A DNA stretch of 64,000 nucleotides from assembly GCA_030141605.1 (NCBI GenBank), contig JAQGDQ010000123.1, forward strand, positions 124,001 through 188,000, written 5' to 3'. Below the pieces are notes generated by a model. That model was not told where the DNA came from and made no database searches. It saw only the letters and a program-made list of their open reading frames with translations. The position numbers and the translations under genes were made by a program. Shown here in pieces: positions 1-10,972 of this stretch (position 1 is the first letter of the stretch; every line of letters begins with the position of its first letter). The DNA comes from Tubiluchus corallicola (Eukaryota > Animalia > Priapulida).

Positions 1-810
1 GATTTAAACATAACTTCGATGTGCTCTTGCAAAGTCCATAGCAACAAACTTTTGTGCTGTTGCTAAGTGTTTTGTAGAAATGCGACAAAAAACAACGGCT
101 AACTTAAATAGCAATTTTCTCAAAATTATGTTTTTCACTGCATAGCCTGCACCTCAACTTCAAGCTGGGTATCTCAGTTAAGAAATAAAATAGAGTGATA
201 AACTTGGTATCAAAATTATCATCATATGAAGATTCAGGATACATGAATAACTAGAAAAGCTTAATTGCTGACTAATGGACAATTTCGCTACATACACACA
301 AGCACATATACACACAAGTACATACGCTGCAAGCACACATATATATACCACAGGAATCAGTTCTCAGGGTTTCATGAAAATAATTTGCTTCTACAAGTGT
401 CGTAAAAATATTTGTAAAAAACATAGATATTAGTGTAAACGTATAGTGTGACAGCCACGAACCACCAAGTAACATCTACGTATTTTGCCAATATTCGTAT
501 GATGCTCGAAACCAAAATATGTTCAAAAGTTCTTTAAAAATTTAAAAATCTAATACTTCAATGTTCTATTTTATGATAACATGTTTTTGCAATAGCAAAA
601 ACCCCTTGACCCATATTAATTATTGGTTTTAATGAATAACAGTACCACCGGGAAAAATTTCAACTGTTCACTTCCATTAGGTTGACTCAAATATACAAAG
701 TAATAATTAAAGTTTCTTTCAAAAGGAATAAATCTACCGAATCAATTAGTAATTTGTATGTTCTTGATACAAATTAAACGATAGCAAACACAAATTAAAA
801 CACTACATAC

Positions 811-920
811 TGGCAAAGAGCACATTTGAACAAAGCATTACGCAGCTTATCAATATCATCCAAGTCTTGAGGACTAACGTCCACGACCATCTTCTCGGTC
901 TGAATAGCTTCCTTCAATGC
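811..920 (-). CDS. ZnF gene exon (110 nt, phase 0-2), first half of finger 3
   Basis: tttccatag|GCATTG...TGCCA|gtatgt; ALKEAIQ...LFKCALC. Confidence 0.75.
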
Positions 921-3900
921 CTATGGAAACAAATTTAACAATATAAACGTATTAGTAACCCCAGAACGTATCAAGTATTTTATCCTATGTAGAGTAATAG
1001 CTATACAAAAGCTATAAAGGACACATTAAGAAAGCCAATTATGCTAACGAATTTACAAGTTTTTTACAGCGTTACTGTTAATACAAGTTCTGTGTGCACT
1101 AAGGCAGTATACAGGTAATGCAAAATTTCAAGATGAACTTTTCTAGATTTATGTACGTAACATAAGTAAGGGGTTTTCTTGTGCTTTAAGAATATCAAAA
1201 ACAGACAGCAACAATAAACTGTACGGTACTACTAAAAATTATTTGAATACAGCTACCACCTAGTGCTGCTTTTTTATCTTTTTTATTGTAAGTTATAATA
1301 TAACCAGGATTGGCGTATGGTATCAGTTTCCCTTTTAAGTGCTTACCGCATGCGTGTTGAGGATAACATTTGTATTAGTTTCTTTAGCCTTTTCAATTAG
1401 ATGATTTACGAACCTAAAACAAAAAGTGTTGCTCACAAAATTATAATGGGAGTGAAAAACAATGTTCCTAGACTCAAAGCACTTGTAAATGTACTTGCTT
1501 GACCTGACATTAGACACTTTACAATTTTCCCATCACTGCTATAATGCTAATTAAATTAATACATGAGTGAGTACCCAGCTGTCCAATAGGAGGCTTTATA
1601 GTCAACACCTTTAATTCAGTAGTTCCTCAATGATTCTTGTTTAATGCAGAAAATAATATTAATTAAATACAAATAGCAACATCTAAAGTACCAAATAGCT
1701 TAAAATGTAGCTACTACCGTGGAGAAAAAATTTAAAAAAAGCAGAAAAATTTTAGTAACTTGTTTGTTACTAATGCAGACCCTATCTGCAAGGTATTTAT
1801 TATAAATTCAATAAACAAAATCATTAAAATTTGTGTACATGTGCAAAGATAACTAAACTCTCTTACCATTTATGATGTTTACTTCCTTTCAAATGATTTA
1901 CCAACTCCAGCATGCTGGAAAAGCCTCTCCTACAAAAGAAAAACATTCAGAAACTCAAATTGAGACATTCAGCACAAACACAGAATCTTGCAACAACACA
2001 GAAATGTAAAGGAACCTCCACAGTAGGTGCCTAGAGCCGGTAACACATTCCTAATAATTTTCACAGCTAACTTCGTGAGAATTTTTTGTTTTCGCAAAGT
2101 TGCGATCACATTTAATAACCTTCTTAGGTTACAAAACCTTTGTGATTTCCATGCTAGGCCTAAAAACGTTCTTACGAAGAATCTTACAAATGAAACAGTT
2201 TGTTAGAATCTTTGTGAATACACCCCCACCCACCCCCGAACAGAATTCTTTTGTAAAGCTAATCAAATTTCTAGGCTGGTTCAGCCTTTATTTTCATGAT
2301 TTCTAAATGGCAAGCTGGTTGGTTGCAGTATGTGCAAATTACAGTTGTGCCATTACTGACCATATGAACTTAATAAAAAGAATAATATATAAATATAATA
2401 ACAACGCAGTAACTGCTGTGTCATTTATACATATTATATTGTCTTTGTGCATACACTCTCATCTCGATTCGCCAGTCAAAAATGGGAAGACGTCGGTCCA
2501 AATTTACCGATTGTCCGTATTTACCGATACTAAGTTAATACAGTAGGTGCCGTGTATTAGATTGGATGTAGAATCAATTGCCTAATTGTCTCAAAAACGT
2601 CCAGTGCATTTGACTCAAGTAATTCCTCATAATTGATTCTATAATTTTATACATAGAGATATACACGTGGTTACACTAATGTAATGATGTAAACAAATTG
2701 ATGGCCCGCCAACTAGCAGTCATCTCCCGAAACAATGAACTGTGTCCGTAGCATGCAGGACTTTTAACAGTCCAGATTCTGTCCGTAAAAGCAAAGTCGG
2801 GTAAACCGAGTTAAGTGTGTACTCATTTAATTATGCTGATTAATGAGATCTTATGATTATTGTTAAATAAATCAAACAAAATTAACCACATCATTGTAGC
2901 CACATTGGATTACTGATCACGACGATAAAATACGCATACATAATAAAATGAGTAACTGCACTCACTTCAACTTAAATGCATGTGTGCAGTTACATATACA
3001 ACTACATAAATGGAATTACTTTTCCCTATAATATACATACAGACACGTTAAGCACCGATTCTTTTCCAGGTTTATTGCATGCTTGACTTTCGTGCCATCG
3101 TCAGACTGAAAAAATAATTTACACACATGACAAACTACCTCTCGACTTTTCTGAGTTTAAATGCTTTTTTAACAGATAAGCAATAAGAACAAGTACAAAC
3201 CTGCCAGAAAGGCAATGCATTATAGTTCCCATGTAAGTATTAAAATAAAATAAGGAGAGATAAAATTAAGCCGGAAGAAAAAATACTGAAGAAGAACTTA
3301 AATCTAGATTTAAAGCACAAGTTTATGATTGTTTGGGATGCAAACATCTGAAGTGCATTGAACGACGAACAGTCATAGTTTAGCAGTAAGCCAGTGAGTC
3401 AGTCAGTAAGCAAAACTAATTACCACCAGTGGTTCTCCTGCATCTAGAGTACTTTTCCTATAAAATAAAACGAAAAATAATCGCTAACATTTTAGTAGCT
3501 TTTTAGAAATACTTTTCAAATAAGGCAACCATTTGCTGCAAAAAAAATGCATGTTTAATTAACATTTTATAAAATGACTACCGTATATACTCGCATATAA
3601 GCCGAATTTAGAACTATAAAATACAATACTGAAATCAGGGGGTCGGCTTATATGCGCATGAAACGAAATGAACACAAGGACAGACACTAGCCGTCCACAT
3701 ACTTTTTATTTAGCAATACACCACTGTGTGTCACCAGTTGCGAGCCGTAACCAAGCTACAGCTAGTGGTGAAGCCGACGTCATCAGCCAATTGGTAGGCA
3801 GCACGTGGGGAGACGAGGGTCATATCAAAAATTTCTTCTAGTATGTAACATAAAAGTAAGCATTTTACATCTTTATAGTAAAAAATTTCTATGAACCAAA

Positions 3901-6900
3901 AATACCCAATTAACAAAATGTGACAAAAAGGGATCAATTTTGTTGATTGGGTATGGAGTAAAATTAGACAAGTTGATGGTCGGCTTATATACGGGCTTTT
4001 GCAAAAACTGGCCATTTTAAAGCAGTTTTAGGGGGTCGGCTTATATGCGATGTAGGCTTATATGCGAGTATATACGGTACTTTTGTTTACACAGGTAACT
4101 GAATGGGATTTTAACAAAAAAATGGAATTTCAACTAAAAACTGCTCAATCAATAAACAGCATAAATGGCAACATTGTCATACCACAGTAAAAACTTGCCT
4201 TTGACACTTATCATCTTTTAAAAATATAAAATGAAACTAGTATGTTAAACGTTTAGAACGTTTGTGTGTAAGTTAGGTAACAGTAAACCAGCTAAACCAG
4301 TTTCTGACTACAGTACGTTCGGTCTCTGATTACAGTACGTTCAGTCTCTGATTACAGTACATTCAGTCTCTGGTTACAGTACAATCAGTTTCTTACAACA
4401 GTACATTCAGTCTGTGATTACAGTACGTTCAGTCTCTGACTACAGTACATTCAGTCTCTGACTACAGTACATTCAGTCTCTGACTACAGCACATTCAGTC
4501 TCTGAATACAGTACGTTCAGTCTCTGATTACAGTACATTCAGTCTGTGATTACAGTACGTTCAGTCTCTGACTACAGTACATTCAGTCTCTGACTACAGT
4601 ACATTCAGTCTCTGACTACAGTACATTCAGTCTCTGACTACAGTTCATTCAGTCTCTGACTACAGTACATTCAGTCTCTGACTACAGTACATTCAGTCTC
4701 TGACTACAGCACATTCAGTCTCTGAATACAGTACGTTCAGTCTCTGATTACAGTACATTCAGTCTGTGATTACAGTACGTTCAGTCTCTGACTACAGTAC
4801 ATTCAGTCTCTGACTACAGTACATTCAGTCTCTGACTACAGTACATTCAGTCTCTGACTACAGTTCATTCAGTCTCTGACTACAGTACATTCAGTTTCTG
4901 ACTACAGTACATTCAGTTTCTGACTACAGAACATTCAGTCTCTGACTACAGTACATTCAGTCTCTGACTACAGTACATTCAGTCTCTGACTACAGTACAT
5001 TCAGGCTCTGACTACAGTACATTCAGTCTCTGACTACAGTACATTCAGTCTCTGACTACAGAACATTCAGTCTCTGATTACAGTACATTCAGTCTCTGAT
5101 TACAGTACATTCAGTCTCTGACTACAGAACATTCAGTCTCTGATTACAGTACATTCAGTCTCTGATTACAGTACATTCAGTCTCTGATTACAGTACATTC
5201 AGTCTCTGACTACAGAACATTCAGTCTCTGACTACAGAACATTCAGTCTCTGATTACAGTACATTCAGTCTCTGATTACAATACATTCAGTCTCTGACTA
5301 CAGTACATTCAGTCTCTGACTACAGTTCATTCAGTCTCTGACTACAGTACATTCAGTCTCTGACTACAGTACATTCAGTCTCTGACTACAGTTCATTCAG
5401 TCTCTGACTACAGTACATTCAGTTTCTGACTACAGTACATTCAGTTTCTGACTACAGAACATTCAGTCTCTGACTACAGTACATTCAGTCTCTGACTACA
5501 GTACATTCAGTCTCTGACTACAGTACATTCAGTCTCTGACTACAGTACATTCAGTCTCTGACTACAGTACATTCAGTCTCTGATTACAGTACATTCAGTC
5601 TCTGATTACAATACATTCAGTCTCTGACTACAGTACATTCAGTCTCTGACTACAGTTCATTCAGTCTCTGACTACAGTACATTCAGTCTCTGACTACAGT
5701 ACATTCAGTCTCTGACTACAGTTCATTCAGTCTCTGACTACAGTACATTCAGTTTCTGACTACAGTACATTCAGTTTCTGACTACAGAACATTCAGTCTC
5801 TGACTACAGTACATTCAGTCTCTGACTACAGTACATTCAGTCTCTGACTACAGTACATTCAGTCTCTGACTACAGTACATTCAGTCTCTGACTACAGTAC
5901 ATTCAGTCTCTGACTACAGTACATTCAGTCTCTGACTACAGTACATTCAGATTTATGATAAAACATGAGAACAAACAACTTACAATTTCACATTTTTCAG
6001 GTGGCTATCCCACTGCACATGAGGTTGTGGTGAAAGAAAGAACTCCTCCATGCTAGAATAAGTGTGGTTGCTGTCATAAATACTGAAACAGAATTAAGAC
6101 TAGCATGTCAACATAAATGTAAGAATATGCAAATTCAGCAGTAACTGCAGTGATGATTTTTTTTAGTTGCAATTTTTCTTTATAAATAAACTAAGTAGAT
6201 TAATCATCGCAAATTAACCATCATAACACGGGTTGACAGCAGTGGTGACTGTCGGGTCTTTCTGTCATTCCGTCTTACAAATTATAGATTTTAACATTGT
6301 TGTTATTTGTGTATGTGATCTGCAAAGAGACAATAAACTATTCTAATTCTAATTCAATAACTTATTTATCGAAAAAATATCGCAATTAATATAAATAGTA
6401 AAATGTTAAAAGATTAATAATTCATGGAACCAAATGTGACTACGGCAAAATAAAGAAATCTCATTTAATTGAGTTTGAGAAACTTAAAAAACTTACAAAG
6501 TAATCTTAACAATAACTTGGTTTATTTTCAAGTCCTTTTAATGGCAAACCAATTTTGAAATCAGATTTTGACACGTTTTTACTCCTCATTAGAAAGTAGT
6601 AACCTTTTTAGTAGTAATTTATTTATTTGGAAATACTGTTGTACATTCTATGAAAACAATAAAAAAATTTATTATAGCACTTAATGATTTTTAACTATGT
6701 AAATTAAAAGTTTTAATAAAGAAAAAATATCCAGTTAACGTTAATGATCATGATATCACAGCAAGCATACATCATTGATGGCAAGAACCATTAAGTTACA
6801 GCACCACTGTAAGCACAAAAAGGAGTACAAAAAAACGAGAGCTTTGGGCAGTTTAAAAGGAAAAAGATGTGCAAAACAAGGACAAAAGTGATGAACAAAA

Positions 6901-9900
6901 GAATGTTCAGAAGGATTAGGAGAGAGGTTTGTAAAGATTTAGCTAAAAATACGACAAAAACAGGTCTTTCTGTTCATTCAAAACCAATTGTTCATTAACA
7001 AATCATGCATTAAAGCAAATCTATTCTAAAGTCAGCAAACAAAAATGCAAGAATTACATCAGCGTATTAGCAGTATTTTCTGTTAATAAAGCAGTACTTA
7101 CCTACACACTTTGCAGTAATATCTGGCGTGCTTTAACTTGTCCACATTAGCTAGCTCACCTTCAGGTAAATTAACATGAATGTTGCCATTCTTTAATAAA
7201 TGGTGTATCATCTGCAAAAAATATTCGTATCTTTACTTAATTAACCGAAGCCATGTAAAGGTGACATAAATAACTTTACTGATAAACTTTACAGGCATTA
7301 CAACATATAGTAAAAGGAAAGAAAATTAACATCATGAAGCCATGTAAAGGTGACACCAAATAATTTTACTAATAAACTTTACAGACATTACAGCATGTAG
7401 GACAATACAAGAAAATGTACATCATGAAGCCATGTAAAGGTGACACCAAATAATTTTACTGATAAACTTTACAGACATTACAGCATGTAGGACAATACAA
7501 GGAAATTTACATCATGAAGCCATGTAAAGGTGACACAAATAATTTTACTGAAAACTTTACAGACATTACAACATATAGTACAAAGAAAGAAAATTTACAT
7601 CATGAAGCCATGTAAAGGTGACACAATTTTACTGATAAACTTTACAGACATTACAGCATGTAGGACAATACAAGAAAATTTACATCATGAAGCCATGTAA
7701 AGGTGACACAATTTTACTGATAAACTTTATAGACATTGCAACACATAGTAAAATGCAAGAAAATTAACATAATGCAGCCATGAAAGGTGACACAAATCAC
7801 AATTTAGAGATACATCTTCAGTGCAAAAAACTGCAAAGATCATTTTTAAGACTGATTTACTTAGAAGCATCACTATCACAAAAACTCAACGGGAAAGACA
7901 TACATATTATTAAGCATGTTGGGTTTATTTTACTGCTGTCACTTAAACTTAGAAAAATATCACAAAGAATTTAAAAAAATTCTCTACAGCATAAAGTAAA
8001 TTTACACTACCGCTGCATAGAAAAGTATCAGGTGCGGTGGTAGCCACCATTCACTTGAAATTATGATGTATTTGGTGCATTTTGTGACTTTTCGTAAGAG
8101 TATTCTGGCTTTTCATAAGAGCCCAGGCCAATTAAAGTAATTCAACTTTCTGCTGCTTACCTAATGTTAATCCAGAAACATGACAAAAATGACTATATCA
8201 TTTTTTGTAAAAACTTTTCATACTTTTAGCAGAAATTGAGGCAGTGCACTCTATGAATGACAATGTTGGCGGAAAAATGGACGTTCGAAATGGGAGTATC
8301 CAAGCGTTAAATGATTGTGACTTCAAAGTGACTTTACTACAGTAGGCGCCGCTTAATAGACTCACTTTGGGACCGAAGTGTTTTGACCCAATTAACTGAC
8401 TGAACCAATTAACCGATAGGTGTAGTATTACTAGTATAGAAGTATGAGTCATCAGCTTACTATACACTGCAAAAGTTTTTAATGAATTTTAGAAATTAAG
8501 TACTGCCTAAATTCCTTTGTGCAGTTAAAAACTAGAAAAAATATTTTAAAATATTAATTTATATAAGTGAATTAGCAATCAATTAAAAAGTATACTTTTC
8601 TAAATCACAGGAGTCTGTTTATTTGCAAAAATTACTTCAAAGTCGGCTGCTTCATTTTATCGCGAAGGAGTTGGCTCACAAAGTTCTCATAATGATAAAA
8701 AACGTTGAAAATCTGTTGTTGTATGATGCACAAATTCTCGTAAAACACTTAGTGCTTGGCGTGCTTAAACTGTTGGTGGTGCCTGTGTTTCCCCGCAGCT
8801 TCATCTGTAGTTTTGCCTAAGATCCGGCTTGCTATCGTGACGTACTAACTGTACTGTACCTGTGTCCCTAGCATAACAACAGCAACTAACTGATTAAACC
8901 TCCTGCAAAGACAGCCAGAGTTTCAAAATCAAACCGCTAAGCAAGTGATTATACATTTAGCTTCCAGGAATTCTTGGGTAACAAGGTTGCTGTGGACGAG
9001 CAAGTCCAAGCAAACCATTAGGCTAGCATATTAGCGTATGATAAACGTTCCTGTTTACAAACAAAACGGTAGTTAACATGACTGTTTCTATGAATATTAT
9101 CGGACAGAAGTGAACTAAGATGTCATAAAAGTCATAAAAGCTTTTGTCGCACAAGAGTGTCTTATTGAAGCATGTGAAGCAAAAGTATTGAGTCAATTAT
9201 GCAGAGTTATCTGAGTTCAATTACCAACTGTTTTTATGTACATTTGAATAAAAGCGGCCCGTATCAGGCGTGTTTGAGTCAATTAAGCGATTGCGTCTAT
9301 TAACCGTGACTCTATTAAGCTTTGTAGTTACAGTAGACTCACGATTAAAAAAATCAGTCAATCAGATACGGGCCACCCATATTAAAATGTATATGAAAAT
9401 TGCCGGCAATTGACTCAAATAACTCCGCATAATTTATTCAATGTTTTTCGTTCACGTACTTCAAATAAGAAACTTGTGTGTAACCAAGGAGCTTTCACTG
9501 CTTTTATGCCATCTCTATGTTACTTCTCTGCACCACAATATACGTACAAATCTCTCATGGTTTGTTTGTTTATAAACAGGTACATTTATCAGATGTGCTA
9601 TTATGCTAGCCTATCAGTTTTGCTTTGAATCTGTCACCTGCTCATCCAGTGCAGTTAACCTCTTTGTCTCTGGACGCTAAACATTTAATCACTTTCCAAG
9701 CAGTTTGCTTTTGAAGTTCCTGCTGCTTTTCACAGGGAAACAAGGTCACCACCAACTGCAGTTCGAGCACAGTTTTGAGTGAACATGTGCAGCACACAGC
9801 AGCAGATTTTTGAACGTTACTTCTAAGTGATCTTGCGCGAATTTTTGTAATTTTAGTGGTAATAATAAGATTCGAGTGATTTTTTTATTTTCTTTTTTAT

Positions 9901-10269
9901 TAATTCACTCATATAAATCAGTATCATTAAATAATTGCACTTAGGAATTTTGACATTAATTTGTTTCTACAAGTCATTTAAAGCCTCTGCGATGCATACT
10001 AAGGTGATGAGTCACGACTCATGTTTCTATAGTAGTAAAATGCTACACTAGTCGGCTAACTGAATTAGTCGGTTAATTGGGCCAACACACTTTCGTCCCG
10101 AAGTCAGTCCATTAGGCGGCACCTACTGTACAACGTTATTAATTACTTAAGACTAATAACATTGATCAATTAATCATCAGTCGAAAATCACAAAGATTTT
10201 CTTACATTGAAAAGATCAGTACTTGGCTCCAGTCCAACATCTGTAGAAGACTTGTGCACTTTTTGTGAC
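811..10269 (-). CDS. Multi-exon gene for a protein with repeated U1/matrin-type (C-x2-C...H-x5-H) C2H2 zinc fingers; 3' end not resolved
   Basis: Eight GT-AG exons splice in one open frame with matching phases: 10269-10206, 7211-7102, 6082-5984, 3457-3424, 3105-3041, 1929-1867, 1413-1347, 920-811. Translation: SQKVHKSSTDVGLEPSTDLFN MIHHLLKNGNIHVNLPEGELANVDKLKHARYYCKVCS IYDSNHTYSSMEEFFLSPQPHVQWDSHLKNVKL KSTLDAGEPLV SDDGTKVKHAINLEKNRCLTCL RGFSSMLELVNHLKGSKHHKW FVNHLIEKAKETNTNVILNTHA ALKEAIQTEKMVVDVSPQDLDDIDKLRNALFKCALC. Confidence 0.8.
1347..1413 (-). CDS. ZnF gene exon (67 nt, phase 2-0)
   Basis: tttgttttag|G...GCG|gtaag; FVNHLIEKAKETNTNVILNTHA, overlaps ORF 1335..1517. Confidence 0.75.
1867..1929 (-). 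CDS. ZnF gene exon (63 nt), second half of finger 2
   Basis: ttcttttgtag|G...AATG|gtaag; RGFSSMLELVNHLKGSKHHK. Confidence 0.8.
3041..3105 (-). CDS. ZnF gene exon (65 nt), first half of finger 2
   Basis: ttttttcag|TCT...TGTCT|gtatgt; SDDGTKVKHAINLEKNRCLTC. Confidence 0.8.
3424..3457 (-). CDS. ZnF gene exon (34 nt)
   Basis: ttttattttatag|G...GTG|gtaatt; KSTLDAGEPLV; needed for phase continuity. Confidence 0.65.
3581..4077. mobile_element. Tc2/pogo-type MITE
   Basis: Perfect 23-bp TIRs CCGTATATACTCGCATATAAGCC, TA on both sides, internal GGGGGTCGGCTTATATGCG subterminal repeats, no transposase. Confidence 0.9.
4298..5950. repeat. 22-bp minisatellite, about 75 copies
   Basis: Unit CAGTACATTCAGTCTCTGACTA, head to tail, intronic in the ZnF gene. 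Confidence 0.97.
5984..6082 (-). CDS. ZnF gene exon (99 nt), second half of finger 1
   Basis: tctgtttcag|T...AATT|gtaag; IYDSNHTYSSMEEFFLSPQPHVQWDSHLKNVK. Confidence 0.75.
7102..7211 (-). CDS. ZnF gene exon (110 nt), first half of finger 1
   Basis: ttttttgcag|ATG...TGTAG|gtaagt; same size and phase as exon 811-920 and similar sequence (VDKLKHARYYCKVC vs IDKLRNALFKCALC). Confidence 0.8.
7247..7800. repeat. Tandem repeat, about 85-90 bp unit, about 6 copies
   Basis: GAAGCCATGTAAAGGTGACA recurs at about 7247, 7336, 7426, 7516, 7604, 7689 and 7776. Confidence 0.92.
8340..10128. mobile_element. Two diverged copies of a pogo/Tigger-like non-autonomous element, tail to tail
   Basis: TA|CAGTAGGCGCCGCTTAAT at 8340 mirrored by ATTAGGCGGCACCTACTG|TA at 10128; further inverted similarity around a junction near 9330; related pieces at about 2541-2640 and 52860-53310. 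Confidence 0.7.
10206..10269 (-). CDS. ZnF gene exon (64 nt, phase 2-0)
   Basis: ttcttttgcag|G...AAT|gtaag; SQKVHKSSTDVGLEPSTDLFN. Confidence 0.65.
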
Positions 10270-10718
10270 CTGCAAAAGAATTGGCAACATTTTAAAATGC
10301 AACGAGTTAACAATACGGTTATTATAGCTCATGAAAATCGGGCAAAATAAACTATATTATTCTAATCAATTTGATTAGTAGGTAATCAGTCTTATTTAAG
10401 CTACCTTACTATGAACATTATGAACAAATTGTTGCAGTAAACACTAATACTAACAGAGAACACAGAAAAGCTATTCTCAAGAAACAACTAAGCAAGCATA
10501 AAATTTCTGTGGCGAACACTTAATGTGCATGAAAAAAACGTTAGAAAATCAGCTACGGTGCTTCAATATTTAAGCTAATGTTAATTTTTTTAGTTGTTTG
10601 AAGACTAAATATACATGGGTGTTTAACACAAGAGATTATGTCACAGGCAGGTATCCACAAGAATCCATGTGCTGAAAATGAATATCTATAACATTTACAA
10701 AGAAAGTGGAAGAAAGAG

Positions 10719-10721
<3 letters not shown>

Positions 10722-10812
<91 letters not shown>

Positions 10813-10860
10813 GGAGACAGAGAAAGAGTGGGGAGGGAAGAGAGAGATAATGACAGAGAC
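10722..10860. repeat. (GA)n microsatellite, pure to about 10807 then degenerate purine-rich
   Basis: Direct reading. Confidence 0.97.
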
Positions 10861-10972
10861 ATACAATAATTATAACACCTCCTCTCAACACCTGCAAATT
10901 AATACATAAATAAATAAAGTAACAGTACAATCTATATATATATATACAATATCATGCGTCCAGCCTGAGTCG

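Noticed and set aside
1-250. Next exon of the ZnF gene (candidates RCRLCS and KFVAMDFARAH)
   Set aside because: No acceptor gave the required phase-2 continuation convincingly.
4298-5950. Regular short repeats as a CRISPR-like array (also 7247-7800, 36511-37915, 43797-44780)
   Set aside because: Units are head to tail with no unique spacers, no cas genes, and lie in eukaryotic introns.
10553-10930. ER- and SL-repeat ORFs (also 15365-15718, 31678-31863) and the HT-repeat ORF at 52431-52640
   Set aside because: Translations of dinucleotide microsatellites.
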